Source of the DNA: a bacterium
GTDB lineage: Bacteria > SAR324 > XYD2-FULL-50-16 > G965216635
Assembly (NCBI GenBank): GCA_965261475.1
Contig: OZ253454.1
Location: 543,813 to 607,812 of the forward strand
DNA length: 64,000 nucleotides
Direction of reading: 5' to 3'
Under the pieces are notes generated by a model that did no database searches, was not told the DNA's origin, and saw only the letters and a list, made by a program, of their open reading frames with translations. This document shows positions 28,009 through 36,671 of the stretch, one piece after another (position 1 is the stretch's first letter; the number at the start of each line of letters is the position of its first letter). The position numbers and the translations under genes are program-made.

Positions 28009-29076
28009 ATGTCACAAATTAAAAGAGATTTACAAACTCGCTTAGATCAAGACGGAGTTTTGTGCGCTGAAGGATTTTTGTTCGAGATTGAAAGACGAGG
28101 ATATTTAGCATCTGGTGCATTTGTACCAGAAGTTGCATTAGATAATCCATCTGTTTTACGTAGCCTACATAAAGATTTTCAACATGCTGGTTCTGATGTA
28201 GTAGAAGCATTTACTTATAACGGGCACCGTGAAAAAATGTGCGTGTTAGGCAAAGAGCATTTACTACAAAAACTCAATCAAGCAGCACTAGCAATTGCCA
28301 AAGATGTAGCAAATGATGTACCTAGTGGAGATGAACCGAATTTATTTGCTGGTAATATTTCTAATACTAATATTTGGCATCCCACTGATCAAAAAGCACA
28401 AGCACAATGTATTGCTATGTTTGATGAAATGGTTGGCTGGGCTACTGATGCTGGTGCTGATTTTATCATAGGAGAAACTTTTTATTATGCTAGCGAGGCG
28501 TTTGCTGCTTTAGATTCTATTAAAAAAAGCGGACTACCGGCTGTTGTGACTCTTGCACTTATGAGCGAAGATAAAATGAAAGATGGTTGGTCAGTGGTAG
28601 ATACTTGCGTTGAATTAGAACAACGTGGTGCCATTGTGGTAGGTATGAATTGTTTTCGTGGACCAGAGACAATGATGCCTTTTATAAAACAGATTCGCGC
28701 TAAAGTGAAATGTCATGTTGCGGCTTTACCAATTACTTGGCGTACAACTAAAGAACATCCAACTTTCTTTAATCTACCAGATAATAATGGTTGCACTTGC
28801 CCTGCTCCGCATGGCAGATCTTTTCCAACTGCGCTAGATCCATTATTTTGTAATCGCTATGAGATTCGTGCTTTTGCTGAAGAAGCATGGAAGCTCCAAG
28901 TGCGTTATTTAGGTGTTTGTTGTGGTGCAGCCCCTATACATATTCGTGAGGTCGCAGAAGTTATGGGTAGAACGCCCAAAGCAAGTAAATATCGCGAAGA
29001 TATGTCTCGTCATTTTCTCTACGGTGATAATCAACGTTTACAAAAACATATTACAGAATATGGTGATTTTGCTTAA
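28009..29076 (+). CDS. Betaine--homocysteine S-methyltransferase (BHMT, Pfam S-methyl_trans)
   Basis: Collinear similarity to vertebrate BHMT: GFLFEIERRGY.., LHKDFQHAGSDV, VRYLGVCCGAAPIHIREVAEVMG (vertebrate [22 protein letters not shown]). Strong AAGGAG SD 10 nt upstream. Confidence 0.85.
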   Translation: MSQIKRDLQTRLDQDGVLCAEGFLFEIERRGYLASGAFVPEVALDNPSVLRSLHKDFQHAGSDVVEAFTYNGHREKMCVLGKEHLLQKLNQAALAIAKDVANDVPSGDEPNLFAGNISNTNIWHPTDQKAQAQCIAMFDEMVGWATDAGADFIIGETFYYASEAFAALDSIKKSGLPAVVTLALMSEDKMKDGWSVVDTCVELEQRGAIVVGMNCFRGPETMMPFIKQIRAKVKCHVAALPITWRTTKEHPTFFNLPDNNGCTCPAPHGRSFPTALDPLFCNRYEIRAFAEEAWKLQVRYLGVCCGAAPIHIREVAEVMGRTPKASKYREDMSRHFLYGDNQRLQKHITEYGDFA

Positions 29077-29285
29077 GGTTTTTGTAGATTGATTGTTTAG
29101 TTAACAATTTATTTGGTATTTAACTTGAGTATTAGCACTGATAGTATATTACAATATAGTACTGAGAAAAATAAAATTTTTAATAGAAAATAGATTGTTA
29201 GTTAACTAGATATTTTCTGTTAATTTTAATTTATTTTAATACAACAAATTAAATTCTAGGCTATTGATTTTTAAAATTATAAATT

Positions 29286-30029
29286 ATGCAAAAAATCTAT
29301 ATTGTTGGTAATTGGAAAATGCATCTTTCCTATCAAGAGAGCACAGAATTATTGCAAGGAATTATTGCTGATTATAAACCTCATTTAAAGATAGAATTAG
29401 TAATAGCACCACAATTCCCAATGCTTTTTGCTTTAGCAAAAATTGCAAAAAATACGGATATTAAAATTGCATCTCAGAATTGTGCTAGTGAGATTAGTGG
29501 AGCTTATACAGGAGAAGTGTCTCCTATTTTATTACAAGAAGTTTGTAATTATTGTATTTTAGGGCATTCTGAGCGCAGAAATATTTTTAAAGAATCTACC
29601 ACAGAGATAGTTAAAAAATTTTTTCTCATACAAAAATATCAGATTAAATCTATTTTTTGTGTTGGAGAAACTTTAGAGCAAAGAGCATCTGGTAAGCTAG
29701 AGGAGGTATTAACGCAACAACTCATGCCTATACTTACTACTGAGAGTAAGGATTTTCTAATAGCCTATGAGCCTGTGTGGGCAATAGGCACTGGTAAAGT
29801 AGCAGATGTAGAGCAAATAGCTCAGGTGCATCAGTTTATATTTGAGTTATTAAATAAAAAGTTATCTGCTCAAGTAGTACAAAATATTCCAATTCTCTAT
29901 GGAGGTAGTGTCAAGCCTAGCAACGCCCAAGATTTATTAGCAATAAATAATGTAAACGGATTATTGATTGGCGGCGCTAGTCTCAAGAAAGATGATCTTT
30001 TGGCGATTATAAATTCAAGTATGCAATAA
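29286..30029 (+). CDS. tpiA: Triosephosphate isomerase
   Basis: IVGNWKMH start, active-site AYEPVWAIGTG and GGSV motifs. Confidence 0.9.
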   Translation: MQKIYIVGNWKMHLSYQESTELLQGIIADYKPHLKIELVIAPQFPMLFALAKIAKNTDIKIASQNCASEISGAYTGEVSPILLQEVCNYCILGHSERRNIFKESTTEIVKKFFLIQKYQIKSIFCVGETLEQRASGKLEEVLTQQLMPILTTESKDFLIAYEPVWAIGTGKVADVEQIAQVHQFIFELLNKKLSAQVVQNIPILYGGSVKPSNAQDLLAINNVNGLLIGGASLKKDDLLAIINSSMQ

Positions 30030-30047
30030 ATTTATATAGTAGTAAGT

Positions 30048-31382
30048 ATGATGTACGATTTTTTAGTTATAGGAGGAGGCTCTGGAGGAATTAGAGCATC
30101 TCGTTTGGCTGCTTCTTTTGGAGCAAAGGTTGGGATAATAGAAAAGGATAAACTAGGCGGTACTTGTGTGAACTTAGGATGTGTGCCTAAAAAATTATTT
30201 ATGTATGCTTCGGAGTTTGCCAATCTAAAAAAAATAGCCGCAGGTTATGGCTGGAGTATCAATGCAGATTTTAACTGGCAAACACTTATTAAAAATAAAA
30301 ATCAAGAAATTCAAAAACTCAATCAAATTTATGAGGAAACGCTGACTAAGTTTAAGGTAGATATTATTCGTGGTAAAGCAGAAATTTTAGCAAAAAATAA
30401 AGTACAAGTTAATGGTAGAATTTACTATAGCAAAAAACTACTTCTTGCTACAGGCAGTTATCCTTCTTTGCATCAAATTGATGGTATTGAGCATGCTGTT
30501 GTGTCAGATGATCTGTTTTATTTAGAGCAATTACCAAAATCTATAGCAATTGTAGGCGCGGGATATATTGCTATAGAATTCGCAGGTATTTTTTGCTCTT
30601 TGGGTGTAAAAACTTTTTTAATACACCGTAATCAAACTTTATTAAAAAATTTTGATCAAGATGTTGTGAAGCACTTAATTTTTGAAGTAAAACAAAAAGG
30701 GGTTAATTTTTGTTTAGAGCAAACTATTAAAAGAATTGAAACAAATGGAGAGCATAAAATTATTTATCTCAGTAGTGGAGAAAAAAAATCCGTAGATCTT
30801 GTTTTTTATGCTACTGGCAGACAACCCAATTTAATAGGAATGAATTTAGATAAACTAGGGATTAAATTAGCACAAAACGGAGGCATAGAAGTCAATGAAT
30901 TTTTTCAAACTTCTAATAAGGATATTTATGCTGTAGGAGATGTGATTGACCATATCAATCTCACACCTGTAGCTATTAAGCAAGCGATAGTTGTTGCTAA
31001 TTATTTATTTAATAACAAAAAAATACCACTGGATTACGAATATATACCTACTGCTATCTTTAGTCAACCAAACCTAGCATCTGTGGGTTATACAGAAGCA
31101 GAAGCTAAAGACAAGTTTGAAATAGAAGTGTATAAAACATTAGTTACTCCCTTAAAGTATAGTATTGCTAATTACAAGGAGAAAGCGCTTTTAAAGTTAA
31201 TTGTAGTAAAAAAAACTCAAAAAATTATTGGAGTTCATATGGTAGGACCCAGTGCTGGGGAGGTAATTCAAATTTTTGCTGTCGCCCTGAGGGCTGGTTG
31301 CACAAAAGAAGATCTAGATAAAACTGTAGGACTGCATCCTTCTTTAGCTGAAGAATGGGTAACTATGCAGTTGACTCCATAA
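30048..31382 (+). CDS. gor: Glutathione-disulfide reductase
   Basis: FAD motif GGGSGG. Redox-active disulfide GGTCVNLGCVPKK, which is the glutathione reductase form. C-terminal HP..aEE dimer-interface motif. 444 aa. Confidence 0.8.
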   Translation: MMYDFLVIGGGSGGIRASRLAASFGAKVGIIEKDKLGGTCVNLGCVPKKLFMYASEFANLKKIAAGYGWSINADFNWQTLIKNKNQEIQKLNQIYEETLTKFKVDIIRGKAEILAKNKVQVNGRIYYSKKLLLATGSYPSLHQIDGIEHAVVSDDLFYLEQLPKSIAIVGAGYIAIEFAGIFCSLGVKTFLIHRNQTLLKNFDQDVVKHLIFEVKQKGVNFCLEQTIKRIETNGEHKIIYLSSGEKKSVDLVFYATGRQPNLIGMNLDKLGIKLAQNGGIEVNEFFQTSNKDIYAVGDVIDHINLTPVAIKQAIVVANYLFNNKKIPLDYEYIPTAIFSQPNLASVGYTEAEAKDKFEIEVYKTLVTPLKYSIANYKEKALLKLIVVKKTQKIIGVHMVGPSAGEVIQIFAVALRAGCTKEDLDKTVGLHPSLAEEWVTMQLTP

Positions 31383-31408
31383 AAATTAGTGGTAGTTTTT
31401 TGTAAGAA

Positions 31409-32593
31409 TTAACGATTTTGATAGTAGCAAAAAAGCTTTCTGAAAGCTCCAATGGCGTTTTTAGCAAGTTTGCGTTCTACAGCATAAGACAAGCGAAAAT
31501 GACCTGTTTTACCAAAACCTGAGCCAGGAACTAATAAAATACCAAATTTTAAGGCGTTTTGAACAAAAGCAAGATCGTCTTTTTCTAAAGCTTTGGGAAA
31601 CATATAAAAAGCGCCTTGAGGTTTTACTATTTGATAACCAATATTAGTTAACTCTTTGTATAAGAAATCTCTTAAATTACAATAGTATTTACAATCTACT
31701 AAAAGATGATCTATTTCTGGTAAAATAGCTTGTAGGCAAGCAGGTGCGTTGACAAAACCTAATGTACGGTTAGAAAAGATTAGAGCATCCATCAAGAGAT
31801 TTTTTTGTGTTATTTGTGGATGAATAGCTACATAACCAATTCTTTCTCCCGCTAAAGATAAATTTTTTGAATAGGAGGTAATTAAGATAGTATCTTTGTA
31901 ATGTTTAAAAATGGCAATGTGTTTTTTGTTGTCGTAAATGATTTTGGAGTAAGGCTCATCAGAAACAAGGTAAATAGGTTGTTTATTTTTTAATGAGTGC
32001 TTTTTTAAAATTTTGCTTAATTTTTCAATGGACTCCGGAGTATAAACTACTCCAGTAGGGTTATTAGGGGTGTTTAGTAAAAAAATTTTTGTTTGTTTTG
32101 TGATACTTTTATCTATAGCCTCTAAATCCAATTGGAAGTTTTGCTTGCTAGCAACTAGTTTCAGCACTCCAAGGTTATTTTTAGCGTAAAAATGGTATTC
32201 TGGAAAACAAGGACTAGATACTAAGATCTCTTGTGTTTCATTTAGCAGAGAGTGAAAAACAACATTCAAACCACCACCGGCACCGCAGCATAAAAGAACA
32301 GAGTTTTCGTCAAATTCTAATAAGTGTTGCTTTGTTAGTTGTCTTGCTAAAAATTGTCTAGTTTTTAAGATTCCTGCGTTGTGGGTATAGCAGTGTTTGT
32401 CTTTTTGGGAGCTTTGTAGATGTTGTATCCAAGCTTTAATTAGCTTTGATGGTGGCTCTAAACAGGGGTTGCCTAAAGAAAAATCAAAAACATATTCTTC
32501 ACCTAATTTTTGTTTTAGCTCTTTACCAGACTCAAACATTTTACGAATCCAAGAAGAGCTTGCCATGCAATCTAGAATTTTTGTAGCTATCAT
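31409..32593 (-). CDS. Class I/II PLP-dependent aminotransferase (alanine/aspartate aminotransferase-like)
   Basis: 394 aa. N-terminal ...FDFSLGNP... and SYSKNLSLAGERIGY (PLP-lysine region SxSK). Confidence 0.75.
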   Translation of the reverse strand: MIATKILDCMASSSWIRKMFESGKELKQKLGEEYVFDFSLGNPCLEPPSKLIKAWIQHLQSSQKDKHCYTHNAGILKTRQFLARQLTKQHLLEFDENSVLLCCGAGGGLNVVFHSLLNETQEILVSSPCFPEYHFYAKNNLGVLKLVASKQNFQLDLEAIDKSITKQTKIFLLNTPNNPTGVVYTPESIEKLSKILKKHSLKNKQPIYLVSDEPYSKIIYDNKKHIAIFKHYKDTILITSYSKNLSLAGERIGYVAIHPQITQKNLLMDALIFSNRTLGFVNAPACLQAILPEIDHLLVDCKYYCNLRDFLYKELTNIGYQIVKPQGAFYMFPKALEKDDLAFVQNALKFGILLVPGSGFGKTGHFRLSYAVERKLAKNAIGAFRKLFCYYQNR

Positions 32594-32607
32594 TCTATAC
32601 GAAAAAA

Positions 32608-32691
32608 TACCGAGGGTCGGATTTGAACCGACACGAGCTTGCGCCCACTAGATTTTGAGTCTAGCGTGTCTACCAATTTCACCACCCCGGC
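32608..32691 (-). tRNA. tRNA-Leu (anticodon CAA)
   Basis: Minus strand: GCCGGGG acceptor, anticodon stem CTAGA/TCTAG with loop CTCAAAA, long variable arm, T-arm GTCGGTTCAAATCCGAC. A T-run follows the 3' end. Confidence 0.85.
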
Positions 32692-32711
32692 GAGAATTTT
32701 TGAAAAATAAA

Positions 32712-33095
32712 CTAAGCTATGACAGCTTCTGCTCCAGTAGCTTTTAGTTTTTTAACAATTTCTTCTGCCTCTTCTTTGTTTACTCCTTCTTTAATTTTTG
32801 TGTTATCGCTAGCAGATTCTACTAAGTCTTTAGCTTCTTTTAATCCCAAAGTAGGATTTAAAGCTCTAATTTCTTTGATAACAGCAATTTTATTTGAACC
32901 AAAAGTTTTTAAAATTATATCAAATTCAGTTTTTTCTTCGGATTCTTCAGCAGGAGCACTGCTAGCCTCAGGAGCAACAGCTACCGCAGCAGCATTAACT
33001 CCAAATTTTTCTTCTAATTCTTTGACTAATTTTGATAATTCCAAAACAGACATGCTGGAGATATGTTCAATTAGTTGATCTTTTGTTATAGCCAT
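32712..33095 (-). CDS. rplL: 50S ribosomal protein L7/L12
   Basis: [33 protein letters not shown]... with Ala/Glu-rich hinge and conserved CTD ([10 protein letters not shown]). Confidence 0.95.
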   Translation of the reverse strand: MAITKDQLIEHISSMSVLELSKLVKELEEKFGVNAAAVAVAPEASSAPAEESEEKTEFDIILKTFGSNKIAVIKEIRALNPTLGLKEAKDLVESASDNTKIKEGVNKEEAEEIVKKLKATGAEAVIA

Positions 33096-33236
33096 TTTAT
33101 TTATATTGTATAGTAAACATTCGAATTAACTACTTATTATCATTTATGAAGATTGTATTTTACTGACTACAATGTCCTTGATAAATAAAATAAATAGTAA
33201 TTAGCGGTTAAGCTTAAAATTTCAAAAGTTTAAATG

Positions 33237-33764
33237 TTATTTATTTTTAGAGATTTTTGCTAACAGTCTTACAAAGCTAGCAGGTACCTCATTAACAGTT
33301 CTAATAAAATTGGTTAGCGGAGCATTCATTAAGTAGAGTAACTTGCTGAGTAACTCTTCTTTGGTATCCAATTTGCTCATAGCTACCACTTCATCTTCGC
33401 TGAGGAAAGTTGTTTTTTTATTTTCTAAAAAAAAGCCACTTACTATTTGACATTGCTCCATATCTTTGAGTTGTTCGCAAATAAGTTTTGCTAAGGACAC
33501 CATATCTGCACTAGTATAAACCAGAGCTCTAGGATCAGATAAATCTTGCCTAGCTTCTGCAAATAGGCTAGAAGTAAGTGCTTTTTTTGCAATCCTATTT
33601 TTAAGAACCTTGAGTGAAGATTTTTCTATTGCAAGTTTTTTTCTAAACTCTGTGATTTCAGCAACATTAGTACCTTTGTAATCTAAAAGTATTCCAGCAG
33701 AAAGGTTTGAAAAAATTTTGCTGTACTCAGCTAATAATTTTTCTTTATTTTTACGAGTTATCAA
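33237..33764 (-). CDS. rplJ: 50S ribosomal protein L10
   Basis: 175 aa L10-family protein directly upstream of rplL. TTG start as called, preceded by AAGAGGT SD. Confidence 0.85.
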   Translation of the reverse strand: MITRKNKEKLLAEYSKIFSNLSAGILLDYKGTNVAEITEFRKKLAIEKSSLKVLKNRIAKKALTSSLFAEARQDLSDPRALVYTSADMVSLAKLICEQLKDMEQCQIVSGFFLENKKTTFLSEDEVVAMSKLDTKEELLSKLLYLMNAPLTNFIRTVNEVPASFVRLLAKISKNK

Positions 33765-34001
33765 AATACCTCTTTATTTTATGTTATGATCTTCCAAAAC
33801 AAATTAAAAAAGACAATAAAAAGCAAAAGAAAAAGTACTTGTAAACTACAAGCGAAGGACTTTTGCGCTATCATTAGGTAGGATATTAAACCTAACATTG
33901 TCACTTGTTAGATACCGACTGTCTTCAATAACACAGTTCTAAGAAGATGTTCTGTATATGTAAACATAAACCAGCAAGAAAGTCAAAGAAAAATTAAGAT
34001 T
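33765..34001 (-). promoter_or_regulatory. rplJ upstream region: promoter and probable L10(L12) autoregulatory leader
   Basis: 237-nt untranslated region 5' of rplJ containing small hairpins (e.g. AGCG..CGCT). Position matches the conserved L10-leader cis-regulator of other bacteria. I could not verify its structure by eye. Confidence 0.35.
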
Positions 34002-34841
34002 TTACTCTTTTGGTCTAATTCTTAAAAATACAGGAAATCTAGGAATTCCATTTTTTGTAAATGATTGATAACGAAAGGTAATTTTGCTACCAATAGGCGG
34101 AGGGTTTTTTCTTTGCGTATCTGTAAGCCCACTACCGATAAAAAAAATTACTCCATCATCGTTTTCTACTTTTAGAGAGCCTACCATATTTTTTAACCTG
34201 CCTTTACCTTTTTTATATCCTAAGACTTTGGCTTCTGCATCTAGATATTGTTTGAGTTTTAATAGATCATTGCTACGACCGTGTTTATAAAAAGCACTTT
34301 TTTTATGTAACATTAAACCTTCACCGCCTTTAGCAATAATTTTTTCAAATTGATGCATTAATACTACATTATTTTTTACTGATGATTGTTCAACTACTGC
34401 TAGATATGAAGAATTAGCTTGATGTACAATAGTTCGTATTTTTTGCGCTCTAGTTTCAAAATTACTTTTTTCTAGTGGTAAGTCAAAAACCCATAGTTTG
34501 AGTGATTTCCACGCTTCATGCGCGTCTTTCTTATTGACTATAGACGATATTTGAGCAAAATCACCCCTTTTAGACCATAGTTCTCCATCTAGTGTTTCTT
34601 GAGGAAAATTGGCTGTAAACCAAAAAGGTGCAGCGAATATTTTTGAGTTACGAGATCTTAGATTTTTGCCATCCCAGCGAGCCCGTACGCCATCTAGTTT
34701 TTCGCTAACTAAATATTCTCTAACATCTATATCAGCATGGTAGACTTTAGCTAGCATTAAATTTTTTTTATCAGATCCAAATAACGATGTTATGAGCGTT
34801 AATGAAAAGATAAAAAATAGTAGTAATTTTCTAATTTTCAT
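34002..34841 (-). CDS. ligE: LigE-type minimal ATP-dependent DNA ligase, periplasmic (signal peptide)
   Basis: Start at internal Met (MKIRKLLLFFIFSLTLITSLFGS is a signal peptide). Motif I KLDG (SEKLDGVRA), motif III LDGELW, motif IV EGLMLHK, motif V LLKLK. 279 aa, NTase plus OB domains only. Confidence 0.8.
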   Translation of the reverse strand: MKIRKLLLFFIFSLTLITSLFGSDKKNLMLAKVYHADIDVREYLVSEKLDGVRARWDGKNLRSRNSKIFAAPFWFTANFPQETLDGELWSKRGDFAQISSIVNKKDAHEAWKSLKLWVFDLPLEKSNFETRAQKIRTIVHQANSSYLAVVEQSSVKNNVVLMHQFEKIIAKGGEGLMLHKKSAFYKHGRSNDLLKLKQYLDAEAKVLGYKKGKGRLKNMVGSLKVENDDGVIFFIGSGLTDTQRKNPPPIGSKITFRYQSFTKNGIPRFPVFLRIRPKE

Positions 34842-34955
34842 ATATTGGTATTTTTTGTTACAACTTAGCTTATCTTCGTCAATTTTTTTATCATTTTTTA
34901 ATCTAAAATTGATCTTTATGTTTTTACCAATTAGCATGTGATACGTTTAATAATT

Positions 34956-36671
34956 TTAAGATTGTTTTTCTTCGACTAAAGTTAATCTGATCCATTCACT
35001 AAGTGTAGTTTTGCCAGATAAAACTTTTTCAGCACAGTGGTAGATTAGTGTTTTCATTCCTTCTCTAATAGCTATTTGTTTAACTTTTTCTGCGTAGAAG
35101 TTTTGCGATATAGCTTGACGAATCTCAGAGCTATTGTTGAGTATTTCATAAATTCCATCTCTACCAGCATATCCCGAATGAAAGCAATTTTGACAACCAT
35201 TACCCTTATATAGTTGACCTTTGAAGTTTTTAAGTAAATCCTTTGGAAAACTTTCTTGCAGTAGTTCTTCTTTGCTAATTTTATAGCTTTGTTTACAGTC
35301 ATTACAAATAGTGCGAATTAGTCTTTTAGCGATAGCTGCTGTAAAGGTGCTAGCTATAAGAAAAGGCTCTATGCCCATATCTATGAGGCGAGTAATGGTA
35401 GAAGCGGCGTCGTTAGTATGTAGTGTGCTAAAAACTAAATGTCCTGTTAGCGAGGCTTGGACAGCTATTTCTGCTGTTTCTTCGTCTCTTATTTCTCCTA
35501 TCATAATAACATCAGGGTCTTGTCTTAAAACAGAGCGCAAACCATTAGCAAAGGTTAAACCTATTTTTTCGTTGACCTGTACTTGACCTAATCCTTCTAA
35601 TTGGTATTCTACAGGGTCCTCAATGGTAATAATATTTTTTTCATTGCTATCTAATTTTTCTAAACAAGCATAAAGCGTAGTTGTTTTACCGCTGCCTGTA
35701 GGTCCAGTTATCAATACAATTCCATGTGGTTGCTGAATAAGTTGTGTAATATTTTTTTGCATTGCTTGATCTAGTCCAAGGTTTTCTAGGGTTAGAGTAT
35801 CTATCTTGTTATCTAAAATACGCAGCACCACCCTCTCTCCGTGCATGGTAGGTAAAATAGAAATACGAATATCTATTTTTTCTCCTCCTAGATGAATTGT
35901 GATCCTCCCGTCTTGCGATTTACTTTTAGTAGAAATATCTAAATTAGACATTACTTTTAGGCGATTTACTGTGGGGTTGTGTCCGTATTTTGGAAATTTT
36001 GTAATCTCTTGCAAACTGCCATGTATACGAAATCTGACTACGCTGTTGCTTCGTTCTGGATCTATGTGTATGTCAGAAGAGCTTCTTTTAACTGCCTGAA
36101 AAATTAGAGAATTGACTAAACGAATCACTGGCTCTTCGTTTCTACTATCTAATAATTCTGTAATTTCTTCTAGGTTCATCTCACTAAGTTCGGTAAATTC
36201 TTTATTTTTATCTAATGTTTCTAAGGCTTCTTCTGTTGTGCCTGTTCTGTCGTAGATGGTGCTTAGAGTTTCTTGAATAACTCTAGCAGGCGTAAGAGCT
36301 AAAACTGGCTCTGCATCAAAGTGCTCTGCTATCCACTGATAGAGATCTTCGTTGATAGGCTCTGTGACTGCAATATATAATTTTTCTTTTTCTTTTCTAT
36401 AGGGCAAAAGCAAAAAATCTAAAGCCTTATGATAAGGTATTAGTTTGGTGAATTTTTGTATAATTTGTGAATTTTTTTGTTTTAAGTCTTGTTTATATTC
36501 TAATCCTAGGTATTTTGATAAAAGTTTGAGATATTTAGTTTCGGTAATTGCACTATTTTTTTTTTGTAATTCTGCTAAATTTAATTTTCCATCGGGAGAA
36601 TAATAAGTTAGTAACTCCGTTTCAGATCTGTTTGTTAGCTCTGATAAACTTACTAAAAATTTTTTATCCAT
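34956..36671 (-). CDS. PilB/GspE-family secretion/pilus-assembly ATPase
   Basis: 571 aa. N-terminal GspE_N-like domain. Walker A GPTGSGKTT, Asp/His boxes, tetracysteine motif (CNDC...CQNC). Confidence 0.85.
   Translation of the reverse strand: MDKKFLVSLSELTNRSETELLTYYSPDGKLNLAELQKKNSAITETKYLKLLSKYLGLEYKQDLKQKNSQIIQKFTKLIPYHKALDFLLLPYRKEKEKLYIAVTEPINEDLYQWIAEHFDAEPVLALTPARVIQETLSTIYDRTGTTEEALETLDKNKEFTELSEMNLEEITELLDSRNEEPVIRLVNSLIFQAVKRSSSDIHIDPERSNSVVRFRIHGSLQEITKFPKYGHNPTVNRLKVMSNLDISTKSKSQDGRITIHLGGEKIDIRISILPTMHGERVVLRILDNKIDTLTLENLGLDQAMQKNITQLIQQPHGIVLITGPTGSGKTTTLYACLEKLDSNEKNIITIEDPVEYQLEGLGQVQVNEKIGLTFANGLRSVLRQDPDVIMIGEIRDEETAEIAVQASLTGHLVFSTLHTNDAASTITRLIDMGIEPFLIASTFTAAIAKRLIRTICNDCKQSYKISKEELLQESFPKDLLKNFKGQLYKGNGCQNCFHSGYAGRDGIYEILNNSSEIRQAISQNFYAEKVKQIAIREGMKTLIYHCAEKVLSGKTTLSEWIRLTLVEEKQS

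Noticed and set aside
32719-33078. 119-aa ORF antisense to rplL
   Set aside because: Lies fully inside the strongly conserved L7/L12 gene on the opposite strand. Ala/Ser-rich mirror translation, typical antisense artefact.
35311-35586. 91-aa and other small ORFs antisense to the pilB/gspE-like gene (35072-35302, 35899-36099)
   Set aside because: Embedded in a conserved ATPase gene. No start context or recognisable motifs.
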